Assembly: GCA_003142255.1 (NCBI GenBank)
Contig: PLLO01000013.1
Span: 64,784 to 128,783, forward strand
Direction of reading: 5' to 3'
DNA length: 64,000 bases
Source: Bacteroidales bacterium
Lineage (GTDB): Bacteria; Bacteroidota; Bacteroidia; Bacteroidales; VadinHA17
Positions 1 through 8,593 of the stretch are shown piece after piece. Each line of letters begins with the position of its first letter. Position 1 is the first letter of the stretch. The position numbers and the translations under genes were made by a program. The notes beneath the pieces are model-generated. The model did not search any database. It was not told the DNA's origin and saw nothing but the letters and a program-made list of their open reading frames with translations.

Positions 1-260
1 GGTGTTGCGTCCCTGTTTGCTTTGTACTCCGGGTACATCTCATGACGGAAAGTTGGTGTCGGAGTATCAAAGACAACGGCAATGTGTGATGGCTCTTGTT
101 TCTGAAGCACTTCTTCAAGGGTAAGCAGGAAGCCGAATATGGCAGATGTATTTAACCCCTTTGAGGTTATCCTCGGATTTTTAATAAATGCATAATAGGC
201 CCTGAAAATAAGAGCGTAGGCGTCTAGAAGAAATAGTTTTTTACCCTGGGTTTCTGTCAT
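1..260 (-). CDS. polA: DNA polymerase I, N-terminal 5'-3' exonuclease domain (partial, continues past window start)
   Basis: Own translation of minus strand from ATG at 258-260: MTETQGKKLFLLDAYALIFRAYYAFIKNPRITSKGLNTSAIFGF...PTFRHEMYPEYKANRD, the conserved start of bacterial Pol I. Absent from the ORF track because it runs off the window. Confidence 0.85.
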   Translation of the reverse strand, partial: MTETQGKKLFLLDAYALIFRAYYAFIKNPRITSKGLNTSAIFGFLLTLEEVLQKQEPSHIAVVFDTPTPTFRHEMYPEYKANRDAT

Positions 261-275
261 AAAATTATGTTTTAG

Positions 276-290
276 CCCCTCTTTAGGGGG
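276..290. repeat. Short G/C-tract hairpin CCCCT-cttt-AGGGG directly after queD stop
   Basis: Inverted repeat read directly; same CCCC..TTTA/TAAA..GGGG design as at 2586-2603 and 2646-2661. Confidence 0.5.
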
Positions 291-299
291 GATGGGGGA

Positions 300-749
300 T
301 CAATTATCGGCAGCGAACCATTCTGCATATGATTTTGCAGTTTCATAAAGCTTAAGACTGTGCAGGGTTGTTCCTTTCGGAAGCCTTGTCCGGAGTCTTT
401 CGGCAAAGTCAGCAACAAGGTTTTCGCAGGTGGGCTGGTAACTGACAACCACTGTGTTTCCGAAGGTTTTTGTCATCATTTCCATCTTATCCCTGTCGAA
501 ATCGGCAGATACGACCACAGAATGGTCGAACTGGTTCACAATGCTTCCAAGAACAATATTCTTAAGTTCGCTGAAATCGATCACCATTCCGTTTTTGGGA
601 TTATCGGTATTGCTGACAGGGGTTCCTGAAATCGTTACAAACAGCCTGTATGAATGTCCATGCACGTTTCTGCAGGGGCCATCGTAATTTCTCAGTACAT
701 GAGCCATTTCAAATGTAAATTCCCGGGTAACCCTGATTATTGAAGCCAT
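300..749 (-). CDS. queD: 6-carboxy-5,6,7,8-tetrahydropterin synthase (6-pyruvoyl-tetrahydropterin synthase family)
   Basis: 149 aa; FEMAH...CRNVHGHSYRL pattern and size typical of QueD/PTPS. Confidence 0.85.
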   Translation of the reverse strand: MASIIRVTREFTFEMAHVLRNYDGPCRNVHGHSYRLFVTISGTPVSNTDNPKNGMVIDFSELKNIVLGSIVNQFDHSVVVSADFDRDKMEMMTKTFGNTVVVSYQPTCENLVADFAERLRTRLPKGTTLHSLKLYETAKSYAEWFAADN

Positions 750-879
750 CTTTCACGGATTAATTAATAACAGTCAAAATTAACTATTCCGGCGGATTTA
801 AGATGAAACGACCGATCCTGTTTTTAAGGCAATAAAGTGTTAAAAATCATAAATTAAATTCTTAAATCCTTTATTTCAG

Positions 880-887
880 TACCTTTG
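880..887 (+). promoter_or_regulatory. Candidate Bacteroidota -7 promoter box (TACCTTTG)
   Basis: Matches TAnnTTTG about 30 nt upstream of ATG at 916. Confidence 0.35.
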
Positions 888-915
888 TACCTATTATCAA
901 AATGAACAGGATATA

Positions 916-2562
916 ATGGAACAAGAAAATATGATGTTGACTTTCCCTGCATTGTTCAATCAGACCGTGCAAAATCATGGGAAATCAGGAGCATATGCTT
1001 TTGTGGGAGAAGAACCAATTACCTGGGAAGCGGCTCACAGGCAGATAAATGCGTTAACTGCATTTCTTGAAAAAAACGGAATTATTCCCGGAGACAGGGT
1101 TGCATTGCTAAGCACAAACATGCCTAACTGGGCAATTGCTTATTTTTCAATAACCTTTATGGGTGCCATTGTAGTCCCGGTTCTCCCAGATTTTTCTGTT
1201 ACTGAAGTTGCCAATGTCCTTGAGCATTCAGAAGCAAAGGCAATTTTTATATCATCAGGACTGACATCAAGAATAGAGGGGTTCAAGTCTGAAAATCTGA
1301 AAATTATCATTTCAATCGAGAATTTTTCACTTATTCCCTCTGAAAAAAGTTCAGTTCAATTTGATTCCGATGCATTACCTGCCAAAAAATATGATGTAAA
1401 AGAGGATGATCTTGCATCAATAATTTATACATCAGGTACAACTGGCCGTTCAAAAGGGGTGATGCTTACCCATAAGAACATTTCTTTCAATGCAATGAAA
1501 GGGGGAAAGATCTATCCTATGGATGAAAATGACCGGTTTCTTTCAGTTCTTCCATTATCGCATACATACGAAAATACTCTTGGCCTTATTTTACCAATGT
1601 TAATCGGAGCATGTGTATATTATCTCAGGAAGCCGCCAACCCCATCAGTGTTAATGCCGGCGCTTGAAATGGTGAAACCGACAATTATGCTTACCGTGCC
1701 CCTTATTATCGAAAAGGTCTATTATAGCAAGATATTACCCACATTCAGAGAAAACAAAGTGCTGAATCTTCTCTATAAGATACCGTTCCTCAGGAAAAAG
1801 TTAAATGCAGTTGCCGGGAAGAAGCTGATGGCAACTTTCGGTGGGCAAATTAAGTTTTTTGGTATAGGCGGCGCCAAGCTTAATAAATCGGTCGAGAAAT
1901 TCCTTCGTGAAGCAAAATTCCCATATGCAATAGGCTATGGACTTACAGAGACATCACCTCTTCTTGCCGGGGCTAATCCTGCAAACACGGTGTTTGACTC
2001 AACGGGTCCCTCAATCGAGGGCATTGAACTTAAAATCAACAACCCGGATAAAAATAGCGGAGAAGGCGAAATATGGGCAAGGGGCGCAACCGTAATGAAG
2101 GGATATTACAAAGACCCTGAAATGACTGCTGAGGTTATCACACCCTCCGGATGGTTCAAAACCGGCGACCTGGGGATGCTCGATTCAAATAATAACCTAT
2201 TCATAAAAGGAAGACTCAAAAACATGATAGTGGGAGCCAGCGGGGAGAATATTTATCCTGAAGAAATAGAATCAGTTATAAATAATTTCAGATTCGTAAC
2301 CGAGTCCCTGGTGGTTCAGCAGAAAGGCAAGCTGGTTGCACTGGTTCACCTTAACATGGAAGAGCTTGAAAAGAAATACCAGAGCTTGAAGCAGGATATG
2401 TCGGACAAGTATGAAGAGAAGAAGGAAGAATGGATGGCTGAGCTTAAGGAGTATGTCAATTCGCAGGTCAGCAAATTCTGCCAGATCAACAAGGTTGTCC
2501 TTCAGCCGCTCCCATTCCAGAAGACTGCAACGCTTAAGATAAAGAGGTTTTTGTATACATAA
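916..2562 (+). CDS. Long-chain fatty acid--CoA ligase (AMP-dependent synthetase/ligase)
   Basis: 548 aa; AMP-binding signature IYTSGTTGRSKGVMLTH, GYGLTE and WFKTGD motifs. Confidence 0.85.
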   Translation: MEQENMMLTFPALFNQTVQNHGKSGAYAFVGEEPITWEAAHRQINALTAFLEKNGIIPGDRVALLSTNMPNWAIAYFSITFMGAIVVPVLPDFSVTEVANVLEHSEAKAIFISSGLTSRIEGFKSENLKIIISIENFSLIPSEKSSVQFDSDALPAKKYDVKEDDLASIIYTSGTTGRSKGVMLTHKNISFNAMKGGKIYPMDENDRFLSVLPLSHTYENTLGLILPMLIGACVYYLRKPPTPSVLMPALEMVKPTIMLTVPLIIEKVYYSKILPTFRENKVLNLLYKIPFLRKKLNAVAGKKLMATFGGQIKFFGIGGAKLNKSVEKFLREAKFPYAIGYGLTETSPLLAGANPANTVFDSTGPSIEGIELKINNPDKNSGEGEIWARGATVMKGYYKDPEMTAEVITPSGWFKTGDLGMLDSNNNLFIKGRLKNMIVGASGENIYPEEIESVINNFRFVTESLVVQQKGKLVALVHLNMEELEKKYQSLKQDMSDKYEEKKEEWMAELKEYVNSQVSKFCQINKVVLQPLPFQKTATLKIKRFLYT

Positions 2563-2585
2563 ACCCCCCTCCCGCTTCGCGTGAT

Positions 2586-2603
2586 CCCCCCTAAAGGGGG
2601 GGG
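2586..2603. repeat. G/C-tract hairpin C6-taaa-G8
   Basis: Read directly; member of the small CCCC-loop-GGGG hairpin family. Confidence 0.5.
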
Positions 2604-2645
2604 CTAATACACACTTTTTAAATCCAAATTCGACCACTGAATCAG

Positions 2646-2683
2646 GCCCCCTTTAGGGGGCAGGAAAACGCCTTGCGTTTTCC
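2646..2683. repeat. Two adjacent hairpins: GCCCCC-ttta-GGGGGC and GGAAAACGC-ctt-GCGTTTTCC
   Basis: Perfect 6-bp and 9-bp stems read directly in the convergent intergenic region. Confidence 0.55.
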
Positions 2684-2705
2684 GGGGGTCACCCTAATTA
2701 AAAAC

Positions 2706-2733
2706 CCGCTTCTATGCTTAAGCAAAGAAGCGG
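2706..2733 (-). terminator. Rho-independent terminator of the superoxide dismutase gene
   Basis: CCGCTTCT..GCTTAAGC..AGAAGCGG stem. On the minus strand it is followed by a T-run (complement of AAAAA at 2700-2704), about 27 nt after the stop. Confidence 0.6.
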
Positions 2734-2759
2734 ATCCGGGGTTGAATATATGAATGAAA

Positions 2760-3482
2760 TTATAGTGCTTCCTTATATCTCCTGTTCACCTCATCCCAAT
2801 TTACAACATTCCAGAAAGCGTCGATATAATCAGCTCTCTTGTTCTGGTATTTGAGGTAATAGGCATGTTCCCAGACGTCGAGGGTAAGCAGGGGCGTTCC
2901 CTTTACAGGAGAAAGATCCATAAGAGGATTGTCCTGATTCGGAGTGCTTGCTACTGCCAGCTTTTTGTCGGCAGTAAGGTATAGCCATGCCCATCCGCTT
3001 CCGAAGCGTGTCTTGCCTGCATTATTGAATGTCTCCCTGAACTTGTCGATAGAGCCAAAGGCCTGATTAATGGCCGAGGAGAGCTCGGCAGAAGGACCGG
3101 AAGAACCCTTGCCAAGATTTTTCCAGAAAATAATGTGATTATAAAATCCGCCGCCGTTATTCCTTATGGCATCACCTGCCGTTGAGACAGATGCAAATAC
3201 CTTTTCAAGAGGAAGATTCTCCAGGGGAGTTCCTTTCACGGCATTGACATAGTTGTTAAAATATGTTCTGTGATGCCTGTCATAATGGATCTCCATGGTT
3301 TTTGCATCAATATATGGCTCCAGCGCATCATAAGCGTATGGCAGAGCCGGGAATTCCAATGTCTGAATATTTTCCATATCTGTTTTTTTTGAATTAGTTA
3401 TACTTTGCCCGAGTGATTTCCCTGTCAAATATGTGGCAGTAACCCCGAGTCCTACATTTTTAATAAAATTTCGTCGTTCCAT
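2760..3482 (-). CDS. Fe/Mn superoxide dismutase with twin-arginine (Tat) signal peptide
   Basis: 240 aa; HYDRHH and DVWEHAYYL motifs of the Fe/Mn SOD family; N-terminus MERRNFIKNVGLGVTATYL is Tat-like. Confidence 0.9.
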   Translation of the reverse strand: MERRNFIKNVGLGVTATYLTGKSLGQSITNSKKTDMENIQTLEFPALPYAYDALEPYIDAKTMEIHYDRHHRTYFNNYVNAVKGTPLENLPLEKVFASVSTAGDAIRNNGGGFYNHIIFWKNLGKGSSGPSAELSSAINQAFGSIDKFRETFNNAGKTRFGSGWAWLYLTADKKLAVASTPNQDNPLMDLSPVKGTPLLTLDVWEHAYYLKYQNKRADYIDAFWNVVNWDEVNRRYKEAL

Positions 3483-3625
3483 AGCCGGTAATTTATGATG
3501 TTAAACAAACAGGAATAAAGAATGTTCAGAAAAGCTTATTTACCAATGGCATTTACTTTTATTATTTTAAATGCAACATTTAAGTTAATTTTGTGGTTAT
3601 ATACATAACCAAAACTACCCTAATT

Positions 3626-4462
3626 ATGAAAAGGATTTTCACCTTAATGCTTATTGTTGTCTTTTCCGCCAGCCTGCTTACAAGCTGCAAAAAAGATAAA
3701 GGGAATCCTCCCACCCTTCCTCCTGCAGGATCGATGACAATAGATTTCAGTAATTTCTCAGCCGGAACGAAATCGGCAGTAACAGATCTTCCTAAAGGTG
3801 TAAATGAAATCAACTGGGATTATGCAGCACTTATGGCTGGTTCCTGGAAAACAATCATTGCCGGGACACTTGCCGTTCCTGTGGCCGCATTCAAGCTTGC
3901 TGTTGGCAAGACCCCGACATATGTCTCAGATAAACTATGGCAGTGGAGCTTTACCGTTCCTGTACTTTCTGTTTCATATACCGCAAGGCTTACCGGACAG
4001 ATAAGGTCAACAGATGTTCTCTGGAATATGTATGTATCCAAGACAGGAACCGGAAGCTTTACTGACTTTCTCTGGTTCACCGGTACTTCAAAACTTGATG
4101 GTACCGGAGGACAGTGGGTACTGAACTACAGCCCCGTTTATAACGAACTGGTGCTCCAGATTGACTGGACCGGCTCTGGTACTGCGGTCACTTACGTGAA
4201 ATACACTTATGTAAGGGTGCTTACCAGCGACACACCACGTGTTGCAGATCCTTTTAAGGACAGCTATATTGAGTACGGATCAGCCGCCACGCCATATAAT
4301 TCATCCTACAATATTCATTTCTATTATCTGGCTGATTGGTATAATGCCAATGTTGAGTGGAGCTCTACAGGAATAATCGGAAGGGTAAAGTGTCTTAAAT
4401 TTTTTGGCGACAGCAACTGGCACTGCTGGGATGCTCTGCATGTCGATGCGATTTGCCCGTGA
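3626..4462 (+). CDS. Hypothetical lipoprotein
   Basis: Start moved to MKRIFTLMLIVVFSASLLTSC (signal peptide plus lipobox Cys); no family recognised. Confidence 0.6.
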   Translation: MKRIFTLMLIVVFSASLLTSCKKDKGNPPTLPPAGSMTIDFSNFSAGTKSAVTDLPKGVNEINWDYAALMAGSWKTIIAGTLAVPVAAFKLAVGKTPTYVSDKLWQWSFTVPVLSVSYTARLTGQIRSTDVLWNMYVSKTGTGSFTDFLWFTGTSKLDGTGGQWVLNYSPVYNELVLQIDWTGSGTAVTYVKYTYVRVLTSDTPRVADPFKDSYIEYGSAATPYNSSYNIHFYYLADWYNANVEWSSTGIIGRVKCLKFFGDSNWHCWDALHVDAICP

Positions 4463-4480
4463 TATTAAGATAAAAAGAGA

Positions 4481-4628
4481 GGCTGTATCAAAAGTACTTT
4501 GTGCTCTTCGTGTGAACTTAGTGCTCTTTGTGGTTAAGCCTTAAAGAATTGAACCACAAAGGATCACAAAGTAAATCACAAAGGATCACAAAGGGAAGAA
4601 CTTAACTTTCTTCACTTTTGATACAGCC
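4481..4628. repeat. About 150-bp composite palindromic element with CTTTGTG/CACAAAG sub-repeats (REP/MITE-like, non-coding)
   Basis: Perfect 15-bp terminal inverted repeat GGCTGTATCAAAAGT / ACTTTTGATACAGCC; inner stem CTTTGTGGTT/AACCACAAAG; four CACAAAG copies in the right half. Confidence 0.7.
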
Positions 4629-4638
4629 TTTTCTTTTT

Positions 4639-5301
4639 TCATGATTTTACAATCTTTTGCAGTTCGTCCGATTCGAATATTTTCTTATCCGTCTCTTTGT
4701 CAAGAAGCATGATCATTGCCCTTGCTACGTCTCTTCCATGAATCGCCCTGAATTTCAGCAGTTTTCCTGACAGTACCGGCTTAATAACATTCATCACCAC
4801 TTTGCCTGCAATTTCTCCGGGTCGCAGTTCCTTTCTTTCTCCCATTAACATCGAGGGCCTTACAATTACAGTTTTTTCAAAGCCTGCAGCAAGGATTCCC
4901 TGCTCCATTTCCCCCTTAATCCTGAGATAATAATTTTTCGAAGCCGGGTCTGCACCAATCGAAGAGACAACAGCAATCCTCTTTACTCCATTCTTTCGGG
5001 CCAGGATAGCTATATCCACAGGAAGGTCCCTGTCAACTTTTTCCATGTTTTCGACTGATCCGGCTTTTTTTATTGTTGTCCCGAGACAGATAAAGAGATC
5101 GTCACCCTTTATGTCTGCTCCGAGTCCTTCTATATTGCTGAAATCGGCAATTATCTCTTCAACAACTGGTGAAGAAATCCCTGCAGTTTGCCTTACAAAT
5201 ATTCTGATTGTCTTATAGTTTTCGGCCTTCTCCAGTTCCTCAAGCAATAAGTTGCCTACAAGCCCGGTGGCGCCTAAAACAATTGCTGTACGGTTTCCCA
5301 T
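4639..5301 (-). CDS. NAD(P)H-binding oxidoreductase (atypical SDR, HTATIP2/YwnB-like)
   Basis: 220 aa; N-terminal Rossmann motif LGATGLVGNLLL. Confidence 0.65.
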   Translation of the reverse strand: MGNRTAIVLGATGLVGNLLLEELEKAENYKTIRIFVRQTAGISSPVVEEIIADFSNIEGLGADIKGDDLFICLGTTIKKAGSVENMEKVDRDLPVDIAILARKNGVKRIAVVSSIGADPASKNYYLRIKGEMEQGILAAGFEKTVIVRPSMLMGERKELRPGEIAGKVVMNVIKPVLSGKLLKFRAIHGRDVARAMIMLLDKETDKKIFESDELQKIVKS

Positions 5302-5406
5302 TCCCTTATCATTAAAAAGCTGAAAGTTAATAAAAAGAGAATTTCCGGATAAACAATATCCCTGTAATATAATTGCATAATTGAAATATTTGTTTTTACT
5401 TTGTGT

Positions 5407-5421
5407 TTCAAAGTACTTTTA
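5407..5421 (+). promoter_or_regulatory. Candidate operator TTCAAAGTACTTTTA (10-bp palindrome AAAGTACTTT)
   Basis: Identical 15-mer recurs at 6384-6398; lies 10 nt upstream of ATG 5431. Confidence 0.5.
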
Positions 5422-5430
5422 TATATTACC

Positions 5431-6066
5431 ATGGAAAGTAAATCAGAATATTTTGAAGACCTCCGGATTATAAAAAAGGTGATGGAAGAATCCTCGCGGT
5501 TTCTATCATTAAGCGGATTATCGGGTCTTTTTGCCGGATTGATTGCTTTAGCCGGAGCAGCTTTTGCCGTCTATATATTCCTGGATGGGAAATTCCTTCT
5601 TCCCGGAGGATTTTTCAGCGCTGATAAGGCACAGGAAATGGACAGCCTTAAAATCAAATTTCTTGCAGAAGCGCTGATTGTTCTTGTCCTTGCGCTGGGT
5701 GTGTCAGTCTTTTTTTCCTACAGAAGATCGGTGCAAAAAGGACTTAAAATATGGACTCCCGTTTCAAAAAGGCTTCTGGTCAGTCTGTTTGTGCCGTTGG
5801 TTACAGGCGGAATTCTTATCCTGATCTTATACTTCCAGCATCACTGGCAGCTTATAATTCCGTCCATGCTTATCTTTTATGGCCTTGGGCTGGTTAACGC
5901 CGGGAAATTTACATTTAATGAAATTTTCTACCTTGGGCTTCTTGAGATAACAACAGGACTTCTCTCTGCCATTTTCCCGGTTTATGGGATTATTTTCTGG
6001 TGTTTTGGTTTCGGATTGCTTCATATCGTCTATGGCCTGGCCATGTACAGAAAATACGAAAGATGA
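5431..6066 (+). CDS. Hypothetical multi-pass membrane protein
   Basis: Start moved to MESKSEYFEDL; several hydrophobic helices; stop overlaps the next start (ATGA). Confidence 0.6.
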   Translation: MESKSEYFEDLRIIKKVMEESSRFLSLSGLSGLFAGLIALAGAAFAVYIFLDGKFLLPGGFFSADKAQEMDSLKIKFLAEALIVLVLALGVSVFFSYRRSVQKGLKIWTPVSKRLLVSLFVPLVTGGILILILYFQHHWQLIIPSMLIFYGLGLVNAGKFTFNEIFYLGLLEITTGLLSAIFPVYGIIFWCFGFGLLHIVYGLAMYRKYER

Positions 6067-6359
6067 AAATTGATATTTCGGGCTTGAATAAATTCTTTGA
6101 AAATCGGGTAAGGCTTGGTATAATGTCAATTCTGGTCGTAAATGATTCATACGACTTCAATAGCCTGAAAGAAGCGCTTGGGGTGACTGACGGAAATCTG
6201 GCAAGCCATCTCAAGGCTCTTGAAGAAAATGGACTTATAAAGTCGAGCAAACAATTCATCGGTAGAAAGCCTAATACAAGCTATTATGCCACAGAGGCAG
6301 GCAGACAAAAGTTCAGCGCCCATCTTAAAGCTCTTGAAGAGATCATTAATTCACAATAA
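6063..6359 (+). CDS. Winged-helix transcriptional regulator (HTH_34-like)
   Basis: 98 aa from MKIDISGLNKFFENRVRLGIMSIL...DGNLASHLKALEENGLI; small wHTH protein coupled to the upstream membrane protein gene. Confidence 0.65.
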   Translation: MKIDISGLNKFFENRVRLGIMSILVVNDSYDFNSLKEALGVTDGNLASHLKALEENGLIKSSKQFIGRKPNTSYYATEAGRQKFSAHLKALEEIINSQ

Positions 6360-6372
6360 TTTTTTTATCCCT

Positions 6373-6380
6373 TAACTTTG
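6373..6380 (+). promoter_or_regulatory. Candidate -7 promoter box (TAACTTTG)
   Basis: Exact TAnnTTTG match 37 nt upstream of the creD start, immediately before the operator copy. Confidence 0.4.
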
Positions 6381-6383
6381 CAC

Positions 6384-6398
6384 TTCAAAGTACTTTTA
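6384..6398 (+). promoter_or_regulatory. Candidate operator TTCAAAGTACTTTTA (second copy)
   Basis: Identical to 5407-5421; 19 nt upstream of ATG 6417. Confidence 0.5.
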
Positions 6399-6416
6399 AC
6401 TAAATAAAGAATCGAT

Positions 6417-7748
6417 ATGAAAATTGAAATCAGTGAAAGTAAAAAATGGCAGAATTCTTTGACATTGAAGATAGTGCTGCTGACAGTCATGGGAATGTTC
6501 CTGTTAATTCCGCTGGAAATGATAAAATCAATTATCCGCGAGAGGCAACAGACCTCTGAAAAGGCAAAACAGGAAATAGCTTCTCAATGGGCCGGGAGAC
6601 AAAATCTTTCCGGTCCGGTACTGAACATCCCTGTCAGGATATTTCCCCTGAAGAATGATGCGGAGCCTCATATTTCAATCCTTCACATTATGCCGGAAAC
6701 GCTTAATGTAACTGGTGATGTTAAGACGGAAAAACGCCATAGAAGCATCTATCAGACTGTGGTATATAATTCTGATATCTCCATTTCGGGAGAGTTTCTT
6801 ATCCCGGCGTTCAGCGGCGGAGAAAGCGACGAAGTACTGTGGGATGAAGCATATTATACCCTTGGGATAAGTGATAACCGCGGTCTTAAGGGCGGTGTTG
6901 TTATGAAGACCGGAACTTCAGTTATAGATGCCGTTCCCGGATTACAGGACAAGGAGGTATTCGCTTCCGGTATTTCATTCCCTGCTGGGCTGACTGAAAA
7001 AGTCAAAACTATTCCGTTTGAGCTGAAAATTAACCTCTCCGGATCGGAAGGATTAAGCTTTTCGCCTGTTGGAAAAACCACACATGTGAACCTGAAATCT
7101 TCCTGGAATGCTCCCGGCTTTACCGGGAATTTTCTCCCCGCAGCCAGAACAATTGACGGTTCCGGATTTAAGGCTGACTGGCTTATTACAAACCTGAACC
7201 GCAACTTCCCGCAAGTATGGAAAGAAGATGAATTCAAACCCGCAAATGATTCATTCGGGGTCGATTTTGTGATGGTTGTGGATCACTATCAGAAATCACT
7301 AAGAAGTGCAAAGTACGGAATTCTTTTCATTGCACTTACTTTTATGGCGCTCCTGTTTGCTGAAATGGCAACCGGTGAATCGCTGCAGATAATGAATTAC
7401 GCGCTTGTCTCACTTGCCCTTGTTCTTTTCTTTTCGTTGCTTAATGCTCTCAGTGAGCAAATTGGCTTTAATCCGGCATATATTATCGCGGCAGGCTCGA
7501 CAATTGTTCTGATTACACTCTTCCTGCGGAAACTTGTCAGGAATTTCAGAGCCGTGATTCTCATTTCCGGAATGCTTGTTTTCCTCTATTCAGTTATTTT
7601 TATTCTGCTGACGCTCAATGATTATGCCTATCTGGCAGGAAACATAGGGCTCTTTTTCCTTCTTGCCATTACAATGGCTGTTTCCACAAAGCTTCGGCTT
7701 TTCAATGGTTCAGCCAGAAACACGGAAGCGGAAGAATCTTCTGAATAA
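6417..7748 (+). CDS. creD: Cell envelope integrity protein CreD
   Basis: 443 aa; one N-terminal TM helix, a large periplasmic domain and a C-terminal cluster of TM helices, the CreD family architecture. Confidence 0.7.
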   Translation: MKIEISESKKWQNSLTLKIVLLTVMGMFLLIPLEMIKSIIRERQQTSEKAKQEIASQWAGRQNLSGPVLNIPVRIFPLKNDAEPHISILHIMPETLNVTGDVKTEKRHRSIYQTVVYNSDISISGEFLIPAFSGGESDEVLWDEAYYTLGISDNRGLKGGVVMKTGTSVIDAVPGLQDKEVFASGISFPAGLTEKVKTIPFELKINLSGSEGLSFSPVGKTTHVNLKSSWNAPGFTGNFLPAARTIDGSGFKADWLITNLNRNFPQVWKEDEFKPANDSFGVDFVMVVDHYQKSLRSAKYGILFIALTFMALLFAEMATGESLQIMNYALVSLALVLFFSLLNALSEQIGFNPAYIIAAGSTIVLITLFLRKLVRNFRAVILISGMLVFLYSVIFILLTLNDYAYLAGNIGLFFLLAITMAVSTKLRLFNGSARNTEAEESSE

Positions 7749-7774
7749 ACGAAAACATATTTCGTATATAATTT

Positions 7775-7808
7775 ACAGCAGGAAAAGAACATAATCATTT
7801 CCTGCTGT
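7775..7808 (+). terminator. Rho-independent terminator after creD
   Basis: ACAGCAGGAAA..12-nt loop..TTTCCTGCTGT followed by TTTCTTTTC. Confidence 0.65.
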
Positions 7809-7880
7809 TTTCTTTTCATCTCATTTGAATTATCAGCCATTGATTTTTTTGCTATTTTGCGCCCCGGTAACTGATGAAAA

Positions 7881-8489
7881 ATGTCGGCAGAAAAAAAATC
7901 AATATTTCTGATACTCCTTATCCTGATTCTTGATCAGGCAATTAAAATATGGGTCAAGACGCACATGCAGATCGGCGATGAGATCCACCTTTTCGGGAAG
8001 TACGGGATGCTCCATTTTATCGAGAATAACGGAATGGCCTTCGGTATGGAAATGGGCGGGAAAAAAGGTAAGATCATTTTGAGCATCTTCCGTATCATTG
8101 CCATTTTCGGCATCGGATGGTTCCTGACAACTCTTTACAGGAAAAAAAGCAATCTCGGACTTATACTTGCTGTAAGCGCTATTCTTGCAGGAGCCATCGG
8201 CAACCTGATTGACAGTGCCTTCTATGGCATGATCTTCAGTGAAAGCTTCAGCCAGCCAGCCATTCTTTTCCCTCCCGGAGGGGGCTATTCTTCATTCCTC
8301 CAGGGACGAGTGGTCGATATGTTATATTTCCCGGTAATCAATACTCACTGGCCAATGTGGTCGCCGTTCAGGCCGGGTGAATCTTTCATTTTTTTCAGGC
8401 CGGTTTTCAATGTGTCAGATTCAGCAATCACCTGCGGGGTCTTTGCCATACTGATCTTCCAGAAAAAAATGTTCAGGAATCTTCAATAA
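7881..8489 (+). CDS. lspA: Lipoprotein signal peptidase (signal peptidase II)
   Basis: 202 aa; four TM helices; GNLIDS and FNVSDS motifs. Confidence 0.85.
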   Translation: MSAEKKSIFLILLILILDQAIKIWVKTHMQIGDEIHLFGKYGMLHFIENNGMAFGMEMGGKKGKIILSIFRIIAIFGIGWFLTTLYRKKSNLGLILAVSAILAGAIGNLIDSAFYGMIFSESFSQPAILFPPGGGYSSFLQGRVVDMLYFPVINTHWPMWSPFRPGESFIFFRPVFNVSDSAITCGVFAILIFQKKMFRNLQ

Positions 8490-8593
8490 TCATTACATCA
8501 ATAGTTTATAAAATCCCGGATAATTGCTCCATTGGCCGGATAGAACAAATTGACACGATATTTAATGTGTTGATCTGAATTTGTTATATTTGA

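Noticed and set aside
2272-2637. 121-aa minus-strand ORF spanning the acyl-CoA ligase 3' end and the G/C hairpins
   Set aside because: It is antisense to a well-supported gene, and its N-terminal part is simply a translation of the palindromic repeats (PPFRGD...REGG).
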